DNA of 61,124 nucleotides, the filler included, from Sphacelaria rigidula (Eukaryota), in NCBI GenBank assembly GCA_964200075.2. It is 6 parts of 6 records of this genome, joined end to end, with 100 filler letters (N's around TTAATTAATTAA, not from the genome) between each part and the next. Parts side by side here need not be neighbours in the genome. Positions count along the whole stretch, not along the records: positions 30,615 to 40,718 come from CAXNAA020007136.1; positions 40,819 to 50,921 come from CAXNAA020007137.1; 4 more parts are not named here. One strand, given 5' to 3'. This document shows positions 35,799 to 48,699 of the stretch, piece by piece. The notes below the pieces were generated by a model. It was not told the DNA's origin and did not search any database. It saw only the letters and a list, made by a program, of their open reading frames with translations. The translations under genes and the position numbers were made by a program. Numbering within the stretch: position 1 is the first letter of the stretch; each line of letters opens with the position of its first letter.

Positions 35799-38700
35799 CT
35801 GCACTGGTAGGCAGCCACGGCTGCGCCCCTCTAAGTGTCCCGTTGCTGCACACCCACGAAGCGGTTTATCGGGCTACTCATCGGTGCGTGGTACGGTCGA
35901 AGTACCGCGCAGGGCTACGCTGCTTGTAGGAATCAATGAGATGTAGTTCAGGCCGTCCGCCTATTGTTGCTTGCGCTCAAAGGGCACCGCGGGTTGCACC
36001 GAATGCTTTACCGCACTGCTGTGTGTGTGCCTGGTGTTTCGAAGAAGAAATCTCCCATGAGTCTCGAATAGCTTCATTTTGTGTTGTGGGCTTTTGACCT
36101 GGTACTGTGTGTGGGGTGCACCCAGCTCACTGCTCCGTTCGTACCCACACGTGTACACAGCTTACTGTGCCTGCATTTGCAAATGCCGTGGAGTTTGCAC
36201 GATTCAAACTGCCGAAAACCCCTCCCCGTGACAGGAACAAACACACTACACCTCATACACCACGCCCGCCGGAACAGTATTTCCACGCCACTACTAAAAA
36301 TTCGCGGGTTTAGGTGTTGGGTGAAATGTTCGGTTGTGTTTGAGCCCCGACGTTGCGACCGAAACGTTGCCTGGCCATCGAAAATGGAGGTATATGGTGC
36401 AGTCAGAGTGGGATGCGAGGAAGGCGGACGTACTGTTATGCCTTGATTTTTGGATAGAGTGTTTCTCCGGTAGGGGTGCACTTTTTAGTCCAGGAGTTTT
36501 TCGAGGCTGCAGACGAAGGCCCAGCTATGTGTCGTCGAGAGACTTCCAAAGTGTAGAGCCTCCGAAAAACGATTGGGCACCTCTACCGCAGAATCACTCG
36601 ATAGCTTGCACAGAGGGCACTCAAAATCTATTTGCTGAAACCGCGATTTTTTTGGTGGTTCCAGCAATCTTTTCACGTCAGCAAAGGAAAGAAAAGAAGC
36701 GAAGAAACGGAGTTACGCACAACTTCTGTCTAAATTCACTTCTCTGCATAGTATTCATCGAGAACTAGACGACCACCCCGACGAGCCAAAGGCACTTGAA
36801 CGGCTTCGGTCACTGCTGCCAGTCGGTAGGGTAAGCAATGTCTAGCGTCGGCTGTGTCATCATGACTTGTACACGCTGACGACGCCGACTGCTACTAGAA
36901 CGGGCTGTACGATGCTGTTTTCAAAAGCTACTTCGAACTTATGTAGTGCCTGTGAAACTTCCTGCCCTGCCCTGTCCTGTATCCTGTGCCGGGCCGGGCC
37001 GGGCTAGGCCTCCAACCTCGCTCCTCGCGCGCACAATTCGTCACCGTACAAAAGCTAGGTTGTACTCGCGTAGGACGTACCTATTTTCCATGTGTGTAAT
37101 GAGTCTACTGTAGCTAGTTTTGTTACGGTGTGTCTATACCATTATTTGGACGGCCTGCGTCATCTTTCCCTTTATTTCGTAGCGCCACATAGCCACTAAT
37201 CCCTCACTCTTTCTGCGGCCTTCTCTAGCGCTTCAGACACGCAGTCGTGTCATGGCATAAGACCGTCCCGCGAGGGTTTTGAAGAATGACCGCTGTAGGC
37301 GTAGATGCCCACCCGTTGTCCGGGTGAGCACCAACTCGATTTCTCGCCAGCTTCACTTCCTGGCCGATAATGTTGGCAGTACTGATGATGGGCCCATGGT
37401 TGAGCGCGCAAGTCAGGCTTCCGTTTCTGTTTTTTTTTCAAGCACCAGTCCTGGTCGTGTCAGACAAGAGGGGGGTATCGGCACGATGGCCGCACCCGGT
37501 ACACCTCGGCGCACACCATGCTACATGCACCAGGTGCACCATCAGGGGTGACGGTGATCTTTGACCGTCATCGTGGGGTGCTTATCGTAGGTCGGCACTG
37601 CTTTTTCATTAGCCTCGAAATATATCGGGGATAGCGAACCCAGACCTCCGTGTTTTGTGTAGGTTTCGCCTCTTTCACCCACATCAACTCTTCCGAACCC
37701 TACGAAAGCAGGCGACCATCCGGCGACCGGGCGCTGAGCGGGTGGACGTTTAGGGAGGTTTTTGTCTGTTTTTTTCCGGAGGATTGAGTTACTCGAGAAT
37801 ATAGTGAAGAATGTATATCAAAGAACCGTCACACGACGCGATCATTTATTGGAGATATGTTACCCTGGCGTTTTTTTGCTCTCCCTTCTTTTTTTTTGCT
37901 TCCTTTTTTTTTGCTTTTTTTTTTGTAAGGATCTCGTTGCTGACATTCCTGAGGTTCCGTGACTTCAGTTCCCTAGACAAGACCCGCAGGTCATTCCCGA
38001 CGACCAACAGGTCGGAAGGTATTTTGGCCCCTCACGGGATACTCACTCTCTCAGGGGCTGTCAACCTGTGCGCTCTCTACGCTACGCCACAGGACCCACG
38101 CTCTACAACTAGAGCACCGACACAACGCCCCCGGTAGCCAGTCTCCATCTGGGACAATTTTGTTCCCATTTAGCTTCAATGGCTGTGAGCCTCACTTTTT
38201 TTCTCAAATAGTGTAGTCTGCTTTTTCTCTCTTTCCGTCTTCCATTTTCCCCTTCTCTCGATTTTTTTTTCATTAGCTAGTGTTCTTCCCGTTTGTGTAT
38301 CTTGGGCACGCTCATCTCATGACCAGGCGGCTGGGATTCGTAGAAGATCAGTTGATGTGGGGCAACCAATCAATCAAACACTCAGAATCAAAATGTTTGA
38401 ATACATGTCTCAAACGCGGATATCGATACTTTTCTTCTTGCCAGCCATCGATCTCGGGGGCAACTAAAGAGGGGTAGATATTTCGATGACGATCGGTGAA
38501 GCGTTGATCTACTCATCGACCATGGTGTGCAAGGTAGGTTGATTGATCTCCCTCCGCATTTTTCATTTCGCCAGGAATGTATCTTATAACTTTCGATCTC
38601 TGACTGATTTCTTTATTCCATTTTACGCAGGGCTATACACGTTACACGTGCCATAGCGTTGCACGTTACGTTCATGTTACGTTTTGGCCGAAACGTAACA

Positions 38701-39184
38701 TATGATTTTTTTTCACGTGATGAACGTAACGTAAACGTAACGTTATATTTTCAAATGTTACGTTAACGTAACGTTATTTTTTTACGTGATAAACGTAGGG
38801 TGAACGTGAACGTGTACATGTGTAGCCAGGGCTATACACGTTACACGTGTCATAGCGTTACACGTTACGTTCACATTACGTTAATTTTTTTTACGTGATG
38901 AACGTAAAATTTTACGTGACACACGTCACGTAACGTGAACGTTAAATGTTTTTTTTCGCGATGAACGTATCGTGAACGTCAGCGTGTACCGTGTATAGCC
39001 GTGATTTTATGCGTATTTGTGTGCTGTTTTTCGCGTGTCCGACCGTGCTATGCTATGCTATCGTTACCTTCGTGCCTGTCTGCAGCAGGTGGCGATGGAC
39101 ATCGTTGGAGTCGCGGTTACGTGCGTCACGTGCTCAATTGTTTTGGGGCAGCTGGACCAAGCGGTGTCGACCGTAACCCTTTGA
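32941..39184 (+). CDS. mgtE: MgtE/SLC41-family Mg2+ transporter, C-terminal membrane domain (5'-partial)
   Basis: Exons 32941-33095 (VIRGLATG...VGLILGTALSAGGFIRV), 35459-35585 (DGVAISMSLFLIVMTSILLGSALPFGFARTGVDPANAGTSIQ, GC donor) and 39089-39184 (VAMDIVGVAVTC...stop). IRGLA.G, DPA and the TM5 Asp (MDIVG) are MgtE hallmarks. Confidence 0.88.
33226..33450 (+). mobile_element. SINE family 1, 5'-truncated copy
   Basis: Body ttcacggtcgac...tgtgtgaccccggctgatgcgccc...atgggatgacaac without the tRNA-like head. Confidence 0.75.
33455..33765 (+). mobile_element. tRNA-derived SINE, family 2
   Basis: Head cgccccgatggtg...gggttcaattcc. Body gagtttgtttga...caatccgcgag.ccaa.atgcaaggcgt...atcccttga.atcacggac...gaggggttcaaagt. 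Homologous to 58362-58670. Confidence 0.75.
33770..34160 (-). mobile_element. 5'-truncated LINE 3' UTR with (CAAT)n tail
   Basis: (gatt)n gtcgcactttaactgacccc..ggggtccagccgtggtctcgtgatagacgtaccc followed by A-rich UTR sequence matching 28485-28590. The far end is approximate. Confidence 0.75.
35724..35796. repeat. (GT)n microsatellite adjacent to another LINE-tail copy (35655-35722)
   Basis: About 36 GT units. The preceding catgtgaccccggctgaacccctggggagtcagacaaagtgcga matches the LINE tail family. Confidence 0.9.
38628..39003. mobile_element. hAT-type MITE tandem dimer with 8-bp TSD
   Basis: Two units each starting cagggctatacacgttacacgtg (38628, 38827). The right end is gtgtatagccgtg. Flanks attttacg / attttatg form an 8-bp TSD with one mismatch. 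Interior rich in acgtta/acgtga. Confidence 0.85.
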
Positions 39185-40718
39185 ATGCAAAGCCGTTGGA
39201 TCCTGCACTGCGGGAGTGCTAGGACAGTAAGGCGAGCTCATAAAGCGTCCGTCCTGGCACACATGCATGGGTTCGTTGGAATATGACTGTGCTTCATCGT
39301 CCAAGGGATGCCCCTTTTACTGTGAAATAGTCTATTTGTATAGAGGGTGCGCATTATTCCCACTGCTGACTTGTCACGGCTTGATCATCATTTAACCAAC
39401 GCTCCTTCAGTGAAACTCCCCATACTGCTGAAGAGGCAAGGGGTAAGTCGACCACGTCAGGCGCGCTGCAAGGGTGAGAATGGAAACCCATGGGCCATTT
39501 GTGAGGGCCCTGCCGTGTGTTGATAGTGTACAGGGTTTGCCTCCTGAGGGTTTGTAACATGTCTGCTGCCTTTGCTATCTAGAGGCAGAAAGTGTGTTCT
39601 CGAGGGCAACCGGGATCCGCATCGGTGTCTCATCATCGACGCTCAATATTGTAAGACCCAGGGATGTATGCTGGAGCTTGGCTTGTTCTGATGGCGACGT
39701 GGTGCTGTGTGCGCTGCTCATGATTTCGATGTTGATATTGGAATGCTAAGAATCAGCTGGAGAGGAGAATAAAACGTTCGGAAAGTTCATGGAGCAGATA
39801 GATCGAAGAAGCGGATTTCCTTACTCGGGCCATATTAGATCGTAACAGCCGTAGTGTTTGTCAGACACTTTCAGCACACTAAAGTGAGGCGCCCTACCCG
39901 TAAATCACGGATAAGAACGTGTCCTGTGCTTGACTGTAAATCTGTTCTATCTTCAGGGTGGTTGTATAGTTAATTGGTTAGAACTGTAGCAGGAGCTGTG
40001 TGGGTACCCGGGCAACGGATAATTGGGGTACGGTACCTGTATTTGTGACTCACTTTCCGAAGGATTTCCACAGGAGCTTGGGGGCGGACTTGTATGTACC
40101 TTCACTCGTCGGCAATTTTCGCCGGGGGCATAGAGTGTAGAGCTATCACTGTTGCTGTGGGGGATAAGTGGGGAGCGGGGAGCGATGGATGGTGTCCTTG
40201 TTTGTTACTGCATTGTGAGGCGGCACACAATTTTACGCAGACTTAGCATGGCTGATTCTTTTTCGCGGACCACGGTATCCTGAGGTCGTCCACAAAAATG
40301 ATATTTCCTCGACTGTACCTCACTGTCGGAGTTTAGACTTGTAAAAGCTCGTCCAGAAGTTGATGCTCAACAATGTCGACGACGCACGAGTACTAATGTG
40401 TCATGAGAAAGCTCTCGTGTGGTGGATGTGTCCACAATTCGTTCGGAGTTCCTTCTAGTGGTGGTGCCAGGGCGCTCTCTCTGTCGAAAACATCACGCGA
40501 ATGGTAGAGCATCACGGGCTAGTCTGCCGCAAAAGGGCCGTCAAGACTGCCACTCCCGCTTCCATCCACCCTCCTTGGGCCATTCCCAACGACAGCTAAC
40601 AATAAATTGTGTGAATTGAGGTTTAATTTCGAGATGAGGTTCAAGCCTGAAACAGTGCTTTCCTCACACTATCAGCGATGGTGCCTAATAGCGTTTTTGT
40701 CGGCCTAATGCCCCTCGA

Positions 40719-40818
40719 NNNNNNNNNNNNNNNNNNNNNNNNNNNNNNNNNNNNNNNNNNNNTTAATTAATTAANNNNNNNNNNNNNNNNNNNNNNNNNN
40801 NNNNNNNNNNNNNNNNNN
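40719..40818. other. Artificial contig linker N44-TTAATTAATTAA-N44
   Basis: Same 100-bp spacer. Confidence 0.97.
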
Positions 40819-40899
40819 ACTCAATTGTTGCTTGCCTTAGTCGTTTGACCATTGACCACGCATCCCTTTCGAGACGGAGCACGCGGAGGGGGGGGGCGA

Positions 40900-43100
40900 A
40901 CATTGTATCACGACTCATGAGATACAGAATTATGATGAAAAAGTGCGTCGTCGATAGGAAGTAAAAGCGCATGTTCATTACAGTACGTAACGTGGATCAA
41001 CGCTACATCGTTCACGCGAAGGATAGTGGAGGCAACAGCATCGAGCGCTGCTCTTACTGACTGAAGCGACGCCCATCTGAGCTCAACCTGTACAACACTA
41101 CTACGATCCATATGGATCGGGTGAACCGCGTACTGAACCAAGCTGGGGAGCACAGTGTGGGATTTTTTACGGGTAACAGTCCCACACAACCCCGGGGTAT
41201 GAGTTCCACATGTCCATGACAAAACAGTAAGCGGGCGTTCGGGTTACCGGTGCACGTGCTTGCCCAATCGGGGGACATGCGAGGAGAGGGTTTCCTCTCA
41301 GCTAAAGGGAGTTGAAAACGGAAGTACAGTGATGTTTATTATCGAAAATATGGAGGCGGTGTTTTGGCAGCTTAGGCGTGAAGAGCATCCACACCCCGCG
41401 TCAGATTACGCCGAAACTTGGAGGATGTGTAGATTGGTATTAGAGACAGGTGTCACTGTCACAGCTACAGCAGGGGAAGTCGCTTATAGCCCGGTCTGCA
41501 TTCATACGGTGGATAATCATAGGGTGCACGATCACGATTTTCAACACCCTGCTGTCTGATGACGATTATAGTGGGTACAGTGGCAGTTGAGCACGCTGAC
41601 TATGCAATGGATCCCGCCGGCCTCGCATAAATTTTTGCCCAGTTAGGGATGAACGCTCGAAGAAACCCGACAAACAAGCATTTTTTATGGTTCGCTATAT
41701 ATCTGAGGGTTGGGAGGTCAACGTTCCGGCTCCAGAACGGTCGACAGCCAAAGGTTGAGCTCCTGTCGCGCGACCAGTGGGTTGCGCGACGGGCCCTTGC
41801 CGGTGTACCTGGTACTGGAGGCGCGACATCCCGGTACAGACAGTCCCACCGCTACCGACCCGGCCGTGCAAACAGGCTGGCAGCCGGAGTGGGCGTTGCA
41901 CTGGTATTCTTCTAGCCTTATCAACTTGAATTATCTCCGCAGCGGCTTTGCACGTGAATATTTCGGTGATTTCCTCACTTCCACTTCGGCCATATTTTGA
42001 CGACAACGCGACGGTCCCACTGCCCAACTTTTTATGTGAAAATATGCCAGGATGGACAAGATACTTCTGTTCAGCTTAAAAAAAAGTGTACGGCGCACAG
42101 TACTGAAATCTGTTGTCGAGTACAGCTGCAATACGGTCGGGTTACGAAAATCTGGACCTGCGACGGGTGGTATTTCGCGTACACATGAACGGCAGCAGAA
42201 GCGGCTGGGTACATGTTGTGGTGAACTGCGGAAGACAGGTGGATATCACTGCAGGGCAGAGATATACGAAGGATGTTACGTTCTGCGGTGTGCCATATCA
42301 CCTTGCACGTTGCTCCTGTGCATCGAGCACGTTGTGCAGCTACAGGCGTCACTGATGCGGGTTGTGCGCAGTCTCTAACGCAGGCGGCCCGCAGTATATG
42401 ATGTGCTGTACTGTATCACTTGTGTTCAGACCAGTGCAGACGGGGTGGAGCCCGCATGTACATAACCCTTCGCGAACTTCGTCGTGCACTACCGAGCCGG
42501 CACGTTTTCCCAGTAGAAATCGCTTGCAATCTATGCTGTTACATAACTCGCAAGCGATGCAGCTTTCTTCACGTCCGCAGACCGCCCGTGAGACGAGCTC
42601 TTGGTGGTAGAAGTGCCCACCCCTCTTCCCGTGATAATCTCCAGCCTTGGTCTCAGACGATTGAAACCTTCGGAATATGATAGTATCTACTGGAAGTTAC
42701 ACGTCTCGTGCCCCAATCCCTCCATATTATCGAAAAGGAACAACACTGAGTAAGCACTGAGTAAGCACTGAGTCGTGAACGCAGACGCCGTCTTTGACAC
42801 GGCCATGGCACTATCATTTGGGAGGAACTCTCTACCTGAACATGGGTCATGGCAGGTAGAGTTCGAGGCATGGTGGGTCCGTTCAAAGGCAGCTCGAGTA
42901 GGTCAAAGAAATCAAGGTTCAAGGGCGCCATACATAATATTCCCGGGTAGCGACCAGTCTCGACTATTGTGCGACAATCGTTCCAAGCCTTGGGATAAGT
43001 ACAAACAATGCTGTCAAGTACGAAATAATGTGGGCCGAGAGAGGAAGGGCCGAAGCTCTTAAGCGAAGGGCGTCGCGTGCACTGCGTCATGTTGACAGAG
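40900..43100 (+). pseudogene. Heavily decayed intronless transposase-like relic, possibly KDZ/Zisupton type
   Basis: Fragmented + strand ORFs include AVQTGWQPEWALHWYSSSLINLNYL, GGARMYITLRELRRALP..VEIACNL and LSRERRRRL, loosely reminiscent of CxC and GE..Y/YDIAC motifs of KDZ transposases. Recognition is weak. Confidence 0.3.
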
Positions 43101-43337
43101 ATTTTCAGTTTTTTGTGGGTCGGACCCCCACACTGCTTTGAGCCGAGCTCGCGAGCGCTCGAGGCACCTACCCCACATCCACATGACTGCCGCGAGGCAG
43201 TCTAGCCGACCCTTCAGGAAATCGACACACGAACTCGCTTGCGGGATAAGTGTTCGGTCAGGTTTCCCCCTTCCTTCAAGGAAAAATAAAAGAAGAAGAT
43301 TCGTGCGCAGGACCAGGGGTCGTGCATGTGGACTCAC

Positions 43338-44735
43338 CTGCTGACGCCGTCGGCAAGCCCGAACGTCCACGAACCAAGCCTCCCGTAGATATCTGTGCAG
43401 AGAGTTGTTCACCAGCCGAAAATGAAACGAGATGAGAGACCAGTGGGGGTGATCTTATCATCCGTCGCACCCGCAGATCGTCTCTACACATTGTTGAGAA
43501 AATAATCAAATTGCGAATTCGTTCGTCCTCATCTAAGCATTTTGGATGCGATACGATGTTGATGTTTTGCAGCTGTGACAACTGGGGGTGAGAGCGTACC
43601 GGGATAATTTCCCAGTCAAGGTACTCCTGCATTCGGACAGCCGGCTGTTCCTCTTCGGTCTAGAACTGTGGCTAAAAAGACACGATATTGTACACTGATT
43701 GATTCGACAACAAAAAATGCAACACCTAGTGACACCTTCGCATTTATATCCGCGGCAGAGATCGTGGCCGGTAATATCATGGACTGAGTCGTTCGGTATC
43801 AAAGACAGCAACGCGTATTTTTGTTGGCTTCTGTGGACACAGATAACGTCTAATTAAAGGGGAAAAATAAATCAACAGTAAAACGAGGACAAACACAGAC
43901 ACTACTGCTCACTTGTCGTTGTCCTGTACACCTCTAAGCAGCATGTCTAACTCCTGGTCGGCAAAGCGGGCTTCGGAGTCCAGGAACCTGAAGCACTGCT
44001 CCGCTACCTTGCGCTGGTAGGGTGGTGGTTCCATGTAGCTGCACAATAACCGCGAAAGTAGCAAAGGAAGGCACGACGGAAAGCGCATGGGGGTGAGTGT
44101 GAAACGCGCAACAGTTGGAGTTGCCACGCTCTAGTAGTGCAACAAATACATAATAGATACCACATAGCCCAGAAACATGGTGTATACGGGGAAACGGTGT
44201 TGAAACGTCTGTTCTCATCCTTGAATCCCTAGCGGGAGCGAATATTCGCGTCTCCAAAACAAGAACAAGTTTGCAGGACACTAACCTAAATAGTCACTCC
44301 TCATATCGCATCAATCCTACGACCATTTGGGGCAATCGCATCTGGAAAAAATTCGACTGGAAAGGTACTGCGGTTGACATGGCTATGTATACCAATGGGC
44401 TTTTCGTTGGAAACATGATTATCATATCCCAACATGCAATGGGCCCCTGCATACAGCAAATGCCCGCAAAAGGTTCACTGTTGAACGGTTAGAACCCTTA
44501 TAACGATTGTTACCCTTGCGACGAGTCCAGGCAGGTGCCATCCGTCAGCCTCAAGGCCGCAGTAGCAGGCGCGTTCGGCACCAACCCAACACCCTTGCCC
44601 GCCACGTGCAGATAGCCCCGTAGACTCTCAGCCTCTTGCAGAGATAGCGCCACAACGAACCTACCCTGTTGGGCCTGAATGTGCGCTTGAGAGCGCATCA
44701 GCTCGCGGACCTGTGGCCGTTATTATCACCATCAT

Positions 44736-44766
<31 letters not shown>

Positions 44767-47542
44767 AGAAACATATCAACACTAGTTGCAAATGCAAAGG
44801 CACCATTAAGGACACTTGGGCACGCGAATCACAAGAAAAAAGGGGGAAAAGGGGGTCACGGTGACGTCCATTTCATGCGGTATTGGATAGAACTTTGACC
44901 AAGCCATACTGAGAGGATGAAATTTCGTTCCCTACTTTTCCAATCTCATCATGCCCTCCTTAGTCGCCAAAACACGACTCAATCACGGTGGGACGGTGTG
45001 AGGTCACCGTGTGTCTTACCTGCTCGTAGGTAACCAGAGGAGTCGTGACCCCTACCGCTTTTGCAATGGCCACAAGGTTCGCTCTTCCAGTCAGAGGGTC
45101 ATCCACATCCACATCCAACACCCTGACAAAACAGAAGTGCGAACAAAAAGGCGGTGAACCCTCGAGTCGTATCAGGCGAACCCGACTCTCCGGGGCGATT
45201 GACTACAGAGATGAGACAGCGCCCCACCACATTCCGTACATACCATGCATGCAAGAACCGCGGGGATATCGCAATCGATGCATTCCTACACGTGGCCCCC
45301 GCCTTTCAGCATGTCTGGAGGCAGTTCAAAAGTTGATTCAGGTGAAAGCAAGGAATTGGCACCCAATACACTCTTGCTTCGGCGGGCGACTTGCTCTCAC
45401 TCGGTGTTCCGACAAATGCAACAGTACGATGCTACTCTATTGGACAACCGCAGTAGCCCATGTTTCAAATGGCATATGGTGGGGTACAACAACACAGTAA
45501 AGGTCTGCATGGGACGTTATAACACCATCCTATCTGGGGTCTTGTCACCTCAGCAAAGCCCGGAACTCATCCTCCCCTAGCTTGCCGTCGCCATCAAAAT
45601 CGATCAGAGAAAACGCATTCTTCAGCAAGGAATCTTGCTCTGTTGTCACCTGCGTAGCGCGACACGAAATGCAGCACACACGGAAAACAAAACAAAACAT
45701 GCATATATGCATAAAATCACGCAGCAACTCTATCGTATGACGTTCATGAATATGGCTGCGCCGCGCCAGCAATGAGCCCGACTTTGCCATCTACATTTCA
45801 CTCCTCTTTCGTCGCTCACAAATCGAAAAACAAGTACGGTATCCTGAGTGTCGGGTCCCAGGTTAGCGATAGATGGTATCGGCACATATTCCTTTTAACG
45901 CCCAATGACACGATGCTCCGCTCCCTCCCCGCCTCTTCATGTACTCGGCTGGGGGGCAATTGTAATGACTTTCACACGCGTATGACCACAACTGTTTGGG
46001 CGTTCCCGCACCCTCTCCATACATTCGGGCATGCAGCATGCAGCAGATTAATACTGCACGCATATAGTGTTTAGTTAGCGTAGCATCAGAAATCTACTCG
46101 TACTGTAACAAAAGTGAAAAACGTGGTCGACAAGTACCCCAGAGGAAGAGACATGCGGTGCTAGAGTTTGACAATATATGGCATGACAGTACCATGGACG
46201 TTGACTCACTTGGCGGCCAGGAGGAGGAAGACTTGGCTTGAGGGCGGTAACGTCCGGCACCCAGTCCATGAGCACGATGATGTTTTTGATGCGACGGAAG
46301 GTCTTCAGACTCCACGATTGCTTGTAGTGATTTCGCGACACGTGCATTGCCTCAGGGAACACCAAGTGCTTCGGCTGTCAACAGCAGCATCAACATGAAC
46401 GGTAAAATCAGTTGAACAGTAGAATCAGTACTGACGGTTAAAACATGTACAGCATGCCACGCATAAGAGGAAATGCCAATTTGGCACACCAAGTCAGCGT
46501 TACCTTTCTTCGTCAACCGTTATTGTCATCGTCATCAACATCAGCTAGCGTTAACGTCAACATCAACATCAACATCAACATCAACATGAGCCCCAGAAAA
46601 CTGAGCAAAAGTCGCCTCGAAAACGCAGAGAGCGTGGGCATAGCAGCAGGAGGTGACGTCGTGTTTCATCAAGCCACGGCTACGCGCATCTATGAGCACA
46701 CCCGAGATGCTGCACAGTAAGAAATAAACACTTGAAAGTACCGCACGCGCGGGATTTGAGCAATCGCTTGGTTGCAGATTGATCACATGTTCCCCTTCGA
46801 TAATGTGTAGGACATGGAATTCGAAATAAGCTTGCAGAGGCCCCTCACCTGCTGAATGAGCTTGGTGAGCACCCCGAACTCGGTGGCGGGGTAGAAGCCG
46901 AGGTTGGACACGATGGGACGACCGAGGTCTTTGATGGCCCACGGTCTGATAGCTTCGTCATCTCTGGAATATTTCATCCGCACGTACTCTTCGGGGTCCT
47001 CGTCCATCACCACCTCCTCCTTCTCTTGCTCCTGCTCTTGCTCTTGCTCCTGCGATTTCAACATTCCACATCACGTTTGGCCGGAAAAATAATCGACTCT
47101 CAACACTTGCCAAACATGTCTCCATGCTTGTTCCTGCACAGTACATGGAAAATACGACAACGTCTTTGATTGAAATACATTTTTTGTCGCTCTTGTTTTG
47201 ACCCGTTTCCGACCAACTGTTTTCTCATCACCGCGTTAACGGACAGCGTATACTTGTACAAAGGTGTGTCGGAATCGCACCATTTTCATCAGATACGTTG
47301 AGCACACAGCACATCCGTCGCGGTTGTGCAGTGCGCCTTTGTGCCTCCGACACCACCCTCGGGTGATACATGCTCAGATCCAAACTATTCATCAACTGGA
47401 TGTTTCACCGTACATCACGTGGTTTATCACCCGGGGCGATCAAACCCCCGATGTGTGTGTATCCTACAAGCAAGACTCCTGGTCGTACCTGTTCTTGCTC
47501 CTGTTCTTGCTCTTGTACCTGTTCGCCCTCGAAAGCCCGCTC
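43338..47542 (-). CDS. Internal/C-terminal exons of a large EF-hand, EQ-repeat protein (resembles giant protist DUF3638/DUF3645-associated proteins)
   Basis: Phase-compatible GT-AG exons: 47542-47489 (ERAFEGEQVQEQEQEQEQ), 47049-46849, 46374-46210, 45649-45549 (EF-hand loop DFDGDGKLGEDEF), 45122-45020, 44710-44514 (GRFVVALSLQEAESLRGYLH), 44038-43913 (QCFRFLDSE), 43392-43338 (ACRRRQQ). The family label is from memory and tentative. Confidence 0.82.
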
Positions 47543-48699
47543 CTGCATGCGTCAAAACACACGATCCAAACACATATCCGTCAAAATCACAGCGCACGCA
47601 GGACAACGAGCACAAAACAAGTGGCACGAACTGCGACACAGGGGCGGGGGGAACTTCTGGGTTCACCAGTCATTGGCTAGGCTTCTGCTCGTGTATGGAA
47701 ATAACCGGCAGCGAAAATGTACAATTTCCCGCATCCGACCTGCGTTGCCCGAAACAAGGGCGAGGTAGATTCTGGCTCTAGGCCAAAACTTCCTTCATCT
47801 CCTTGCCGCGAGCAGGATACGAGAAGAACTAAGCAAAAGCAAGCTAAAGCTGGAGCGAATACAGCAAATTTCTAGCGCAAGTACTTTCGGATGTATGGTG
47901 TAATTTCAGTGCAGAGAGATTTTTTGTTCGAGTTCTCAGTTCAACAACTCAAACTATTTTTTTGGTTTGCAGCCCAAGGTCCACACCCGGCCCGAAGTCG
48001 AACTGGATGGACTAAAATAAGCAAAGTGAACTCGAATCCTCTCAGACAGTGACGTCATTCCAGGAAACAGGACCCGGCGTCGCCCTCGTTTCAGGCAACA
48101 ACCGACGACCGTCGTGGACGCCCCTGGATAGATTCTTCTACACAAGTTGTCGAGGAGTGGTCTCACCCACATCTCATGACCTCTCCACAACTACATGGTA
48201 ATCGGTATTGCTCCGAATTTTAGTTCGGTACTGCGCAGTGCTACACATTAAATCGTCATAAACCAACCAGCAGACACCCTCTTTCCACCCACGAAACAAA
48301 CGGTGTGTTAATCGGGCTGGAGGCCGTAACTCCATATTGTGAACAAGAACATTTCGGGACAGCCAAGGACGAAACGCAAATGCTGGTGTGTGTCATGAAA
48401 TGACCAAAACCGGAACAAATAACTCGACAGAAACTCCGCAGACACTCGGTTGCGTACTCACAGTCATTTAGAACTGAACAAGCGTCCTGAAGAAACAAGT
48501 AAAAGCTCGACGGCGCATCAAACACCACAAGTACAATCAAACAAACCAAACCACAAGGTTGGGCAGACGAAAATAAGTCAAGCGCTGGGTGGATCACTGA
48601 ATTAATAAAACCTGGAAGAGGAAACGCATGGGGATTAAACCACCCGAGACACAACAAATAACTCAACCTACTGGAACTGAAACATCAAAAACGTTGGAT

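Noticed and set aside
35172-35946. 212-aa membrane ORF and poly-(CV) ORFs as standalone genes
   Set aside because: Only 35459-35585 is an MgtE exon. The rest is intron read-through and a (GT)n microsatellite.
37378-37420. Hammerhead ribozyme (CTGATGA core; also at ~15104)
   Set aside because: There is no correctly placed GAAA after a stem II and no closing stems.
39300-40718. Gene downstream of MgtE
   Set aside because: It looks like degraded minus-strand coding sequence with many stops, and no motif or splice pattern could be supported.
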